In this document: piece by piece, positions 36,965 to 50,179 of the stretch
Layout of the letters: each line of letters begins with the position of its first letter
Position numbering within the stretch: position 1 is the first letter of the stretch
The notes under the pieces: model-generated
What the model saw: the letters and a program-made list of their open reading frames with translations, nothing else
What the model was told of the DNA's origin: nothing
Databases searched by the model: none
From: Eledone cirrhosa
Taxonomy: Eukaryota
Length of the DNA stretch: 64,000 bases
Direction: 5' to 3'
Assembly (NCBI GenBank): GCA_964016885.1
Contig: OZ024740.1
Coordinates: forward strand, 237,026,001 to 237,090,000
Made by a program: the position numbers and the translations under genes

Positions 36965-37180
36965 GCAGTGGATTGGCAGTATTGATAGTGTCGGACAACA
37001 TGCTTTGCGACATAGAATTGTGGCCCTTTATGTTCTGAGTTCAGATCCCGCTGAGGTTAGCTTTGCCTTTCATCCTTATGGGCTCGATGAAATAAAGCAC
37101 CAGTAATGCACTGGGGTCAATTTAATAGACTTTCCCCTCTCCCCAAATTGTTGGCCTTGTGCCTATAGTAGAAATCATTA
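36965..37180 (+). mobile_element. SINE A, longer subfamily
   Basis: A and B boxes, body motif and tail GTAGAAATCATTA. Confidence 0.85.
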
Positions 37181-37479
37181 ATTAATCAAATGCTAACATC
37201 TACTTTATAGCAAGAGTCAGTGACAAGATTATACAAAAGGTTCTTATTAAGAAACAAACATATAGCAATGTGACATATGATAGAGCAGAATTTCTGTTAA
37301 AATGAGAAAGAGCATATAATGAAGAATCAGTGACAAAATAGTAATTATCATGAGTGCTTAACTTAGTTAATAGATATTTTAATTAATTAAAATTACACCC
37401 ACAGTGAGATGAACAATCATTTTCTTAACTTGAAGTAATGACCTCCAGGTGATTGCCAGGAAGGTGATATTTCTCCTAT

Positions 37480-37640
37480 TGGTGATGGTTGGAAATGGTG
37501 ATGATGAAGATGATGATGCTGATAATGATGACGGTGATGATAGTAGTGGTGGATGATAGTAGTGATGGATGATTATGATAACAATGATGAGGATAACGGA
37601 GGTGATGATGATAGTGGTGATGGTGATGACAATGATCAAC
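37480..37640 (+). repeat. Degenerate (GAT)n low-complexity tract
   Basis: Seen directly. Confidence 0.85.
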
Positions 37641-38029
37641 AATGAATCCTCACTGCCTAAATCAAATATATAGTAACCAATGGTAAACAAAAAGAACACT
37701 ATAAAAGGAACATTACAGACAGTACATAAGAGAGACATGGAATTGCTGATAGGGATAACATTTTTAGTTGACAGATGCCACCTAGATAGTAAATTTCCCA
37801 TCAATAGTTTGAATAAAATAATTGTATTTAGATTAAAGTGAAATCTTCTATAAGGGCACATCATTTATTATTCACTATGCTCTTATGATTTTTTTTCCTA
37901 TAGATGAAAAAAATGAGTTGTGCACACATCATTAGACATGGTCTCCCTCTAGTCACCACAGGGCAAGATTGAACATGAAATGTCAATTAAGTTGTCGTTG
38001 CTATTAGGTGAATTGAGGTTGATCTACTT

Positions 38030-38270
38030 TCTCATTGTTTCAAAGAAGGGCAGCATTCTGTAGACTGAAGGTGTATTAGGGGGCCAAAACCAAATGGAGA
38101 ATTTCAGCATAGTATGGGAACAGTGTTTTGCTACAACAAACTGTCTAGAATTGCAGGAAGCAGCGCATAAGTGGCTCATCACTGAGCCAAAAAAATTTTT
38201 TTTTGCTTTGTTTTTTTTGTCTGATGGCATAAAGAAGCTTGTGCAAAGATGAATCAAGTGAGGTGGTAAA
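38030..38270 (+). mobile_element. Internally deleted mariner remnant
   Basis: N-terminal TEGV.G..YGNSVL is joined to C-terminal EAAHKWL..EPK.FF..DGIKKLVQR*IK. Confidence 0.55.
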
Positions 38271-38989
38271 TTGATGGAGTCTTTAGAGTGTAGAACAAAA
38301 TACATTTGGGTATTTATTCTGGCTGTCTGCATGCTGATTTCAAATCCTGCAGAATGTCAATTTTGCCTTTCCGCCTTCCTTTGAGGGGTTTGATAAAATT
38401 AAGTTCTAGTTCAGGATGAGGGGATTGGTGGATAAGTAGAGAATCGGACGAGATGCTCTACCTATCCACCAATGCTTTATGGTATTTGTACTGGATCTTT
38501 GTGGCCTGAATTCAAATCCTACTGTGTCCTACTTGGATGGGAGACTTCATCTGTCATCTGTCATGATGCTACCACCTGGCCCTTGTGTTGCAAGCATTTA
38601 GTCCAAGTCTCAGTGTGAGGATATATTTCTTCCTCCCTCTTACTAGTCTATGAGGCCTTGGAAAGTGTCATGTGCACAACCCTTCTATTCTAACAAAACA
38701 TTAGAAAGAAAGAAGTGTGCTAAAAAGGAAGGGGATTATATTGAAAAATGATATATCTTTTTAAGATCTCTATGCATGTTGTAATGAATTTAAAAAATAC
38801 TAGATCACTAAATGCTGTCCTTCTTTGGAGCAAACAGAATGGTGAGTAGCAATGGTTAATGTAATAATATACATTTTAATTTGAAATTTACACTGTAGTG
38901 ACTAGAGGCATATCATGTCTTGTGATGTACATGCAACTAATTTTCCTTCAAATAGGGGGGGGGGTAATTATGAGTGCATTGTAGGTAAT

Positions 38990-39205
38990 TAATGATTTCT
39001 ACTATAGGCACAAGGCCGGCAATTTTGGGGGAGGGGAAGTCGATTAAATCAACCCCAGTACTTACTGGTGCTTTATTTTATCAACACCATAAGGATGAAA
39101 GGTAAAGCTAACCTCGGCGGGATTTGAACTCAGAACGTAAAAGGTCGTAACTCTATGCCGTGAAGCATGGTGTCCAACGCTTTACCGATACTGCCAATCC
39201 ATCAC
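38990..39205 (-). mobile_element. SINE A, longer subfamily, with TSD
   Basis: TTGTAGG.AATTAATG is repeated on both flanks. Confidence 0.85.
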
Positions 39206-39562
39206 CGTTGTAGGAAATTAATGTCTCACCCGCATAGTTTGACAAATGGCATTTCAAAAGTATAGATGACTTACATCAATAAAGATGTACAATAAAGGTG
39301 AGGCAGAATATAATAAAGAAATTAATCAGTTTACAGACAGAGCATAAATTTTATTTTTACATTATAACTGATTTAATATTCCTCATTCCATGCAAGTTGT
39401 ACTTAAACCATAGGTTTTGAACAAATACAATCCAGCCATGATCTTACTGTCTTTTATACACTCATAGTGTACTACATTATCTTATATGAATACTTATGTT
39501 TTAAACACAACAGAGTGTAGTTTAAGGGAGACTTCACTGTTATTATTCACAAGTTAAGTGAC

Positions 39563-39905
39563 CATCATCATCACTGTTTTATGTCAATTCTTCCTCACTA
39601 GCATGGGTTAGACGGGTTGTCCTGTTGTGGGCAGTGCCCAGTCAACTGACCTTGTCTTGCTCATACAGAAACTGATTCTGGCTTGATTTCTACAGCTGGA
39701 TGCCCTTCCTAACACCAACCTCATTTACAGTGAGTGCTGGGTGCTTTTTTTTTTTTCGTGATGCCTACACGACCACTTTACAGTGTGGGCTGGGTGCTTT
39801 TTTTGCTGTGGCATCTCCATGACCACTTTGCAGTGGGAGGGGGTGGGAGCATATTGTCTATATGCTTCAGCTTCGGCTTGTTCCCGTGGGAAATCGGGTC
39901 TTCTG
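39563..39905 (-). mobile_element. 5'-truncated copy of the 3' UTR of the PHD-RTE LINE
   Basis: The reverse complement matches 20860-21187, including GCTGAAGCATATA.ACAATATG. Confidence 0.85.
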
Positions 39906-41077
39906 TAAGCTTTCTAATTGGTTTGAGAATGTTGATGATGATCGTGGTGTTGGTAGTAAATTGTGCACTATTATTGACCAATAGGAATATAGGTTGTCTT
40001 ACTCCATTAGGCCTAAAATAAATATCCTGTCACACAAATCAATCCCTCATTTAGGATTCGGCTGTTACTTCCTTTCTTTATAATGCTGGGCCTAATCTTG
40101 TACATTATTATTGGTATAAGTAGTAAGTAGTTTATACATTTGAAATGGCATCTGTCAAACTCCCAAGGCTTTGCATCCTTTTACTCTCAAGACAGCTTGT
40201 TTATATTTGAAACACTTTGCAACATCTCAAGATTAAAGTATACTCCTTTACGGTCAGTGAATACTGACACTATACATGACAACCTGTTATTCTAGTGAAG
40301 CAGATAATTATCAAATTTTCTTGCAGGAATTGTATTACAAGAGCAGATTCGAATACTAGAATTACTCACATCATCATTACCTGTCAACAACTTTAGGCAA
40401 AATGACTGACATGCTACATATCCTGTTAATTATAAGATTTCTGTCACATTGTTCCATCATTGTGTCTTTAATAGTTAATAACCCTTGGGGTGGGGAGGAG
40501 TCACTGGTTCTCCCAGAAATACAGTGACCATTGGGATTTACACACTCATCCATCCTTAAAGTGCAAGCAGCACTAAGAAGAGTTATTTGTCATTTCTCAG
40601 TTGTAGTCTAGCTTGAAAAAAGACTGAGAAACACACATATCAGTCAATTAAATGATCCTAGTACTTGACTGATACTTTATTTTATTGACTCAGAAAGGAT
40701 GAAAGGTAAAGTTGACCTTAGTGGGATTTGAACTTAGAAGACTAGAAATAAATATCTTCCTAATAATTCTGCCAATCCAACTATATCCAAGAAAACATAG
40801 ATATCATCAACATTTTAAAGACAAGGTAATGATATTTGTATTCCCAATCAGTCTTCAAAACTGCAGCTAGCTGGCAATCCCCACTGATCAATATTTTTCT
40901 TATAGACACTGACCTAAAGATGTTTTGCACTGATCATTAACCATATCAGTCTCACCAGTATGGGAGAATTTGCAAAAGTCATGTGCATAGCCCCTCCCCT
41001 TTTGTCTATAAAGTAAAAGAAAATATTTAAAGGAAAATATTTTAGAGAAATAAATATGCTGTTTTAAATTGGTTGTA

Positions 41078-41263
41078 ATGATAATTGTTTTTACTTTTTG
41101 GCACAAGGCCAGCAATTACCCAGTATAATTACTGGTACTTTATTTTATCGACCCCGTAAGGATGAAATGCAAAGTTAACCTCGGCGGGATTTGAACTCAG
41201 ATCGTAAAGGGACGTAACTATGCTGGAAAGCATGTCCGACCCTCTACCAATTCTGCCAATCCA
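41078..41263 (-). mobile_element. SINE family A
   Basis: Full consensus. Confidence 0.9.
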
Positions 41264-41277
41264 CGGCCTTTTATTAA

Positions 41278-41362
41278 TTTGTGATAAACGCCTATTGCCT
41301 ATTATCGAAGTATCAGTCAAATCTATTCAAATGGCCTTGTCTCCTACTATCTTTTATTAATT
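41278..41362 (+). repeat. Exact 85-bp direct duplicate of 41881-41965
   Basis: TTTGTGATAAACGCCTATTG..CTTTTATTAATT is identical at both sites. Confidence 0.9.
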
Positions 41363-41374
41363 AATTGGTTATAA

Positions 41375-41563
41375 TGATAATTGTTTCTACTTTAGGCACA
41401 AGGCCAGCAATTACCTAGTACATTACTGGTACTTTATTTTATCGACCCCGTAAGGATGAAAGGCAAAGTTAACCTCGGCAGGATTTGAACTCAGACTGTA
41501 AAGGGACGTAACTATGCCAGAAAGCATGGCGTCCAACCCTCTACCGATACTGCCAATTCACCG
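41375..41563 (-). mobile_element. SINE family A
   Basis: Full consensus. Confidence 0.9.
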
Positions 41564-42025
41564 ATGATAATGATGGTTCAACAGTAGTATCAGGTTATTT
41601 ACTTAAAGTATCTGTAATAACTATATTTTATGAAAATAAACATTTTATGTAAACATATTTTTACTCTTGTCGGTTTTTGTGTTTTTGTTCACCAAATCAC
41701 TTACAGCCAGTGCAAGTCTATTGGCATTCCCAAATAAATTCTAAGGTGAAATAAAAAATAAAAACATACAGATTTTGTTAAATAATTGTGATATATTAAT
41801 GGCTATTGTAATTGATGGTAAACATTAGAAATATGAAGTGAGAAATCATATGTGAGTCATGTAAGTGAAACTAGTCTAGGTTTGTGATAAACGCCTATTG
41901 CCTATTATCGAAGTATCAGTCAAATCTATTCAAATGGCCTTGTCTCCTACTATCTTTTATTAATTTATTTTTGTTCTTATTTGTTAGGGAGTGTAATAAT
42001 ACATGTTGTGTTAATTTAACATTAT

Positions 42026-42208
42026 AATTGGCAGCATCGGTAGAGGGTCGGACGCCATGCTTTCCAGCATAGTTACGTCCCTTTACGATCTGAGTTCAAA
42101 TCCCGCCGAGGTTGACTTTGCCTTTCATCCTTACGGGGTCGGTAAAATAAAGTACCAGTAATGCACTGGGTAATTGCTGGCTTTGTGCCAAAAAGTAGAA
42201 ACAATTAT
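42026..42208 (+). mobile_element. SINE family A
   Basis: Full consensus, inverted relative to the 41375 copy. Confidence 0.9.
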
Positions 42209-42750
42209 AAGTTATACAATCAATATTCCAAAATTATAGAAAAACTGTTTATTGCTTGTAGGAAAGAAAATTTACAAGAAAAAAATTGTTTACAGTTGAT
42301 TTTTCATTGTTAGAGAATCAGACAGCAAATAACAGTGTATATGCAAATATAACTTGCTTTGACATATTTCACTGTGTAACATATGGTTTGCATTAAATTC
42401 TTATAAACAAATGACCAGAATTGTAAAACTACATGAGATTGATTCTTCTAGCTGCACTCAACAAAAATATTTATTAAAGGATTAGATAAAATAGAAAAAC
42501 TTGAAATTAAGTATTAAAATATTGTTTATTGGCAGAACCACTAGGGTGTTGGATTAAATGATTCAGTATTTGTTCTAGCCTTCTGCTTGATGCTGCCCAC
42601 ATAAAGAGCGATTACATTAGTTCTGTATATATCTAATAGCTTCCAGTCTCTAATCTTAAGAATCTACTCCTCCTACCTCGATTTCCTTTCAGCTTCCAGC
42701 CATCACTCCATCTTCTCAAAGATACTTCTAGCAAAATCCATCACTCAACA

Positions 42751-42793
<43 letters not shown>

Positions 42794-43623
42794 GTAAACA
42801 TGTTGCTACCATTACTCCCTCTATGGTGCTTTGTTGTCATGTGCTTCACAATTCTTTCATTACTTCCTATATACTCTCTATATGTGGGTGTATGAGTACA
42901 CACAAACACACACAATCAGCATCATTTTACATCCACTTTCCACACAGGCATGGGATGGACAGATGAGTTGGATCAACTTAACTTATCCCTATGTTCCATA
43001 TTTGACATGGTTTCTATGGCTGGATGCTCTTCTTAACACCAACCACCTTAAAGTGTATAGTATGTGCAGTTTTCATGGTGTCAACACTAACAATTTATAG
43101 GGTATATTGGGTGCATTTTATCATGACACCAGTATCAGACATGTTGTTACATGCTCATGCAGGATAAAAATTCCTCTCAAACCCTGTATTGTCTCCATTT
43201 GACCACCAATACTGCAGCTTCCAGTCACCCACTAGACTTATTTTTTACTTTTACTTTATGTGTGTGTCTGTCCACCCATCCATCCATGCATGGGCTCTGC
43301 ACTTTTGATTGAGTCGTAGTAAAGCCATCATGTTTTGGGCAATGAAACTTTGTAAAATTCATCCCTCTCCAAGTTTGAACAAATTTGATTTGCGAGAGAG
43401 TGTTACAAGAAGAATCAAGCTAAATACTGAATTGATACTTTATCAACAACAAAGAGATGAGAAACAGTTAACCTTGGAAGGATTTGACCTCAGAGTGCAA
43501 AGATCAAGTGTATGCATGAACATTATATATACATATAGTAATAATAATAAATTTGAAGACTAAAATCCAAAGAGGGCTCGATAAGGATAAATATATATCA
43601 AATATATAAGAACCGTAGAGCAA

Positions 43624-43777
43624 ATATTTATTAAAATAACAGATTAAAGTTTAAGCAAAGAATCGCTGCTTTCACCCTTAACGGGATCTTCTGAAACTTC
43701 TGAGTTTCAGAAGAACCCGTTAAGGGTGAAAACAGCGATTCTTTGCTTAAACTTTAATCTGTTATTTTAATAAATAT
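43624..43777. mobile_element. Fold-back element (75-bp arms, 4-nt loop) with a hammerhead-like core in each arm
   Basis: Near-perfect palindrome. An arm reads CAGAAGA-ACCC-GTTAA-GGGT-GAAA and the element ends in (TA)n. Confidence 0.65.
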
Positions 43778-43789
43778 ATATATATATAT

Positions 43790-44290
43790 CTCAGCTGCGT
43801 TTGTCTGTTTTTCTCTTACTGCTTCCCCATTCTCTCTGTTTCTCTCACCTTCTTTCGCCCCCTCTGTCAGTTACACTTTCTCTCGACTGACCACTTCCTC
43901 GCACTTCCCCTCACTCACTCTCTGTTTCTCCCCTTCTCACTTCCTCCCGTTTGGGTCTCTTCTTGCTTACATCTCACTCACGTCGGACGTCTGTACCTTT
44001 CGCTCATGAAATCCACCCAGCTTATGCTGACCAGGACTACCATGTTGCTTGTTTTTTTCCTTTCTTTAGTTTGCTTTTATCCTTCTATGTTGTTCACTTG
44101 TCCCTCTCGCTTTACGCGATTTACTGGTCCCAATAACTTTTTTTAGTTATTGCTCGCACCAACCTGAGGTATATGATTTTTAATGCGATGAAATACCAAT
44201 GATGGTTGGAAAATCACTGACGAAGGACTATTTTTATCCTATGTAACCCATGTGCAACCACGCAGTATTCTTCTTTCTTCTCATGTTTTA
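43790..44290 (+). mobile_element. (TA)n-flanked pyrimidine-rich element with a partial hammerhead core (PLE-derived?)
   Basis: CpG-richer than the flanks and bounded by (TA)n. CTGACGA-AGGA..TCCT lies at 44217-44240 but GAAA is missing. Confidence 0.4.
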
Positions 44291-44395
44291 TATATATATA
44301 TATATATAGTTAGTTCAAGAATAGCTAAGACAAACACAGACATACAAAAAATACAAAGATATATTAGTTTCATGCTTAGGAAGAAATAGATGAGG

Positions 44396-44433
44396 ATTTC
44401 AACATATCGGACATAAGTCCTTCTTCAGGAAAT
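44396..44433 (-). ncRNA. Degenerate minimal type I hammerhead ribozyme
   Basis: Minus strand ATTTC-CTGAAGA-A-GGAC-TTAT-GTCC-GATATGTT-GAAAT. Stems I and II pair perfectly, and GAAACGTT has decayed to GATATGTT. Confidence 0.6.
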
Positions 44434-45886
44434 GGAGAGTGCAGAGAGAGAGAAAAGGTTAGAACAATAGAGTTTTGAAAAAAAAAAAAAAAACTTTTAA
44501 GAAGGCTGGTGAGGGTAGACAAGATATTCAAGGGAAATATTGTGAATAACATATAGACTGAATGTATGCCAACTATAGTATATAACAATGAATACCAAAG
44601 GGAAAACAATTTCTTACTCAGACCATCACGGTTTCTGATGTACCTCTGTTATGCAGTCACAAGTGGCAAGTGTGCATTTGCAAGCCATAAATGCATCTAA
44701 TAGTTATGTAATTAGAACAGGATACATCATCATCAGCAAGCATTCATTTGGTTTATATTGGAGTTCGATTTGGCTACTAAGATACTGCCAAGCACTATAA
44801 TAGTCCAGAAGTATTATTGTATCACAGACTAAAAAGAGGAAGGCCACTATTGAAGTGGGAATTCCTGGTGTGAATAAAACAAAGATATTCACTCAACCTC
44901 AAATTAAGCTCTCAAACTAGTTTTTATAAATAAATTAGTTAAAACTAGGAGAATATCATTTCAAGTTTTACATCAAAGTTGTATATATATGTGCATGTAT
45001 GTGTATATATAGGCAAGGTATGTAGGTTTATTTGCTTCAGTCCATCTCTATGGTTGAAATGTTTATAAACATTACCAGCATTGCATCATAAAAATTACAG
45101 TCTTTCCCATTTATATTTCTATAGTCAGCTGTATGAATGGCATCTTTTTAGGATAAATAGTTTCTTCAACAATATTTCCAAAATCTAAATTTGTAATAGC
45201 CATTCCACCTATGCTAAGGCTGTCACAAAAAATAATTTCTGTGAAGTTTTATCTATATCTGGTTTTTATGATTTAATTACATATATATATCAGGGGAAAA
45301 TACTGGAAGAGGAAATTATGTTTAGAAATTATGTTTTGACCAAAATTAAACATAGTACCCTCTACATTCCTATTAGTTATACATGTTTTGTTTAAGTTCT
45401 TTAGTATTTCATTACACTTTTCAGCTCTGTTCCACCTAACATGCTGCATCTTTATCATCATCACCTCAACCCATTTTTATTTGTTCTTCCTCTTCTTCTC
45501 TTGTTACCTTATTGTCTCTTCTCTGGCTGCACAATACTAAACATGCCAAATCCATTTTTCCTCAGAATTAAATCTCTCCCCAGAGCTCCCTTTCTAAATA
45601 TGGTGGTCCTCTAATCATAAACCTCCACCCATTCCAACTAAAGTAAAATGATACAGTCATAGTGTTTTAGAAATAGTGTTACACCAGACTTTACAAAATG
45701 GAATAACTTTAGATATCATTGAGATGTGGTTAATAGTCAGAACATTTATTACCTTGAAAAAACTATCATTAATGCAGATTACTAATGGAATTAATAAACT
45801 TTGAAATATATTCTCTTCAAATACTATTTGCAAGTGAAAAGAAAATTAATTCATACAACACAGCATCTGACAAGAAAATACTTTTT

Positions 45887-45890
<4 letters not shown>

Positions 45891-45923
<33 letters not shown>
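45891..45923 (+). repeat. Poly(A) tract, 33 nt
   Basis: Seen directly. No clear retrocopy lies upstream. Confidence 0.9.
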
Positions 45924-45927
<4 letters not shown>

Positions 45928-48900
45928 ATTTTAGTGAAGGATTGAATTATTTAAATGAAAACTAAAACAATTTTTTTCTTGTATTTTTTACATTAAATTT
46001 AGATATTTATAGCCTAACTATAGGGAAGTTGTATTTGTAGAATAACAAAGTGTTTCTCCTCACTTGCTGAAAGCAGTTCTCATGTTATTTTAAAGCTTAA
46101 AATAAAGATCCACCACCACACACTTTAGTTGAGAGAAATATCAATGAATAAATTTCTTAATACCTGAAATTAAGTTACGTTATTGACTTTTGAAATAACA
46201 TTCTGAACTATTGGATCTAGTGACATTTCACAGTGTCTTTGATGTCATTTTTTAAGGTTTATAAAATGCAACAAACAACCAAATGACTAATTTACTGGTA
46301 GACTCCAGCCTCTTGTGAAACATAACACATATCTATCTATATAATACGATGGCTATACTTTATCCTATTAAGTTATCACACAAATATTATTTTATAGGAA
46401 TAATCTATAAATTTACCTCGAGAATTAATATCAAGTACTGTATTAGACAAACAGGCAACTAGTCTGTTACAGAATGTTTAAAACACGGATGTTCTTTTAT
46501 TATTATAAAGCAAAGTAATTTATTACAATTATAGTGTTATGGACTATTAACCTCATTTTTAGAGTATATATTTACTATATTTATATCTATATTATGTATA
46601 TAAACAAGTGTCGGTGTAAATATTGTAAATGAATATACACTCTAATCATCGTTGCTTTTATGTTAGTTTCTTTTTCTTTTTGCATGCTGGCATGCTGGCA
46701 TGAATTGGAAAATACATTCCTGATGTTAAATCTCATACTTTATAAGTAGGATATATAATTGCCCCCCTTTGTCAAACTGCTACATGACAGGACATAAACA
46801 AATATCACCAGTTGCTTTAGGTATTGTTTTAATGAGAAAACAGTAGCGAACTAACATATACATAACAGGTTGCTTTAGTTTCCCTCTGCCAAATTCATTC
46901 ACAAGGTATAGGTTAACCTAGGGCTATAGTAGAAGACATTTGTTCAAAGTGTTGCATTGTGAAATGGAACTTGAAACCACATGGTTATGACTCAAACTTT
47001 TCAAACCATAGAGCCATGTGGCAAATGGTCTGGAAAATTATAATCTTAATAAAAGTTGTAAAGTGGCTGGTGATATGAAGGGCATCGAATCATAGAAAAT
47101 TTGCCAAACAAAGGATTCCAGCTCACCATGGAGTCAGTACCTATGCTTTGAGTACCAACCCAGTCAGCTGAGGACTCATCCAACCATTGCTAACAGAGAA
47201 AGTAGATGTCAAACGATGATTATGATGATGAATTGCAACTTATCTAAAATATTTTAATGTTTTGACTATAGTAAGTCTAGTTGTGCTGAAGCACTGCTGA
47301 AAATTCCTTCTATCTTTTAGTTTGTCTTGTTTTCATTCTATAGTTGCTGTAGTTGTATAGTTGATTAGCCATGAGTGAGCAGATCTATGGCAGTTAGATA
47401 GTCACCAATCTATGAATTAGTAGGTCAATCTATGACAATACTGCCATTTCTCTAATGCCCCTTGGTAAATACATGGATGCTACAAAATCCCATTCACCTA
47501 TGCCTGTTGTCTAGTCTAGAAAAATCAATATCTTTACTGCAGGAATCTTATTAAATATCTGTTTATTTGAAGTTGATATAACAGTGAATTGCTTGAGGGC
47601 TACACTACAAGGAAGGTACCTTACTGTACCAATAACTGGTTAGAAACTTTAGGACTGGCGACATCATATTCAATAACAGACATTAAACTCATTTTATTAG
47701 TAAAAATAAATTGTGTGTATGAATGTGTTGTACGCTATGTTTAGTAACCAGCAGCAGCAACAGTCCATTTGAAATTATTCATTTGTTTTCATTACTAATT
47801 TATGGAGACTGAGTTGTTATATGTAATATATAACAACAGATCTAAGCCGACTTCTTTAAAACAATAACTATAAAACATGATTGTTCATTTGGGAATTTGA
47901 TATAAGTTTTCACTTAGCTATTTTTTTGTCTGGCTCATATATACTGTTGTACATGTATGAAGAAGACATTACGGCTGCCTAAAGCTAGGACTTATGGTTT
48001 ATGCATTATATTTTATATTTTTGTAGTTGTTTCTTAAATTAATTATTGTTATTTATGTGTTCTGATTAGATATTTAAATGGGAAACTGCAGATTTAAGCT
48101 ATACAGGGCAGCAATTGGGTGCCATAATTTCCAAATGAAATTATGACACCCACACTTCTATCTCCACCAGTAATTTCCACAAGCATATTGAAATATACTC
48201 CTCTTGCCAACTCCTACAACTTCCTTCAACCCATCTTCCTCTCCAGGTTCCTCTCTTTACTGCCACTTTATCCCATAGTCTCTCTTGCATGCCCCCTTCT
48301 TTATTTTCCCTTTTCTCTCATAAATCCTTTCTTCCAGCTTCCTTTATTCCACATTTATTCTGACCCTCTGTTTCAGCTTCCCACATTAAACATCCTATTC
48401 TTTTTCTCACATGTTCCACTCTTTTAACTTCCCTCTCTCTACTTTCCCTGCTTATCCCATATCCATTCTGTCTCCCTCTGTTACTTTCACATGCTTCTCA
48501 TCTTATACCCCCCCCCCCACACACACACACACACACACTTTACTTGGTAAATTGCAATAGAATATCTACTCAGGGTAACATAGGCTCTGGAAACTGTAGT
48601 GAAGGTTGCCCACTCAAGAATGTAGTAACTCCAAATATATACTTGGACAGTGGCATATAAGAGCAATAACTCTGTATAAAAACTGCATTATTGTGATGTG
48701 GACTCTGTGCCACATGGTGAAGGCAACCTATGTAGGAGAGCAGTAACTCTTCAATAAAATCTGACACAGTGTAAAGGAATCACTTTAGTTCTGACAGGCA
48801 ACATCTCATGTTTGTAGCATGTTAAAATATACCCAATCAACCCTATAAAGTTGCTAGTGACAGAAACAGCATCAAGCCAGTAAAACAAATTATGAATAAT

Positions 48901-49334
48901 ATAGATATGATAAACACGACATACATATACAAAGCTAACAATAACCAGGTCAGTAAAGACGTCACTAGAAGGAAACATCTTGCCATATGCAATAACCTCT
49001 TGATTGCCATCAAGCAATTGCACACTTGCTTTTAGGTCCAGAATACAGAGGTCAAAAGATGACTCAACCACGACCAGATATTCACTTTTTGTCAGGTAAT
49101 AAATTTCCATGATGCCATCATGGAAATAGCCATGTTTGAGATATAGAAGAGGAATAAGTAGAAACTTCATACAGAGTACCTTGCATAAATTATGAGTGTA
49201 CAAAAGGTATACTGACACTATGTAGGCTACCAGAGAAAAGAGATTTTGCATGTGGCAGACACACAGAAGTAGTCATCTGTCAGAGCACCAGTGAAATAAC
49301 GACTTTCCGGTCCCTGGAAGACACTGGAGTTGTC

Positions 49335-49550
49335 TGTGTCAGAGAGTGCTTTGAAATCATAGTAGCCAGATAAATGACTGGGTGGAAAAAGTTCAGGGAG
49401 CTATTAACTCTGCTTGCAATGAAAGGATTGATTGTATGAGGCCCATTTATGTTGTGTAGTCCTGCATGGTAATGAATTGCATTAGATAGGCAAAGTCTAG
49501 AATGAAATGAATTGAGCATGCTCCATTGGATGTGCACAGAGGAGTTGAAA
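49335..49550 (+). mobile_element. RTE RT C-terminal fragment
   Basis: CFEIIVAR..TGWKKFRELLTLLAMKG. Confidence 0.7.
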
Positions 49551-50179
49551 AAAAAACATTTTAGCATGGTTTCTACAGCTGGATGCCCTGCCTATCACCA
49601 ACCTTTTTATAAAATGTACTAGGTGCATTTTACTGTAGCAACAGCACTACCACTTTACAAAATGCATTGTATGTATGCATATACATATATATATATGTGA
49701 GTATATATTTATATATGGGAGGAGGAAGAGAGAGAGAAGGGTAAAGTCATAGTAAGTATCCAGAGTCATAAGCAATAAAACTGAAAGAAATTAAAACCAA
49801 CACTTTCTGCAAGTGAAGAATATAATATTACATATAAGCTGCTAATGAAGAAACAAGATAATAATGATATAACTGGCAGATTAAGGGCTTGAAGTATATC
49901 TCACTTGATGCTGATAAGGAAAACTAATCAGTGGAATTGAAATAGACTTCAATACATTTTTTATAAGAATTTAACAAACTATTTGTGTAAGTTTAAGTTT
50001 AACAGGATACTTTGTGATAAAGATGAAGAGTTCATGTGTTATTTTAGAATCAAGATGGATCTTAAGAGTTGGTGAATTAGAAGCACTGAGTACTGAAGAC
50101 AAATAAACAATAGAAACAAGCCAAATAGCAAGCCTTTGCATGCTCATTCAACCTGCTAGAGATTACAGCCAAATCTCTC

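Noticed and set aside
37379-37864. 161-aa ORF
   Set aside because: Driven by the (GAT)n low-complexity tract.
46337-46462. Short Helitron-like element (A|TCTATATAAT..CTAG|T)
   Set aside because: No subterminal hairpin is visible, so it could be chance in AT-rich DNA.
48751-49251. 166-aa ORF
   Set aside because: No motif recognised, and it lies among decayed repeats.
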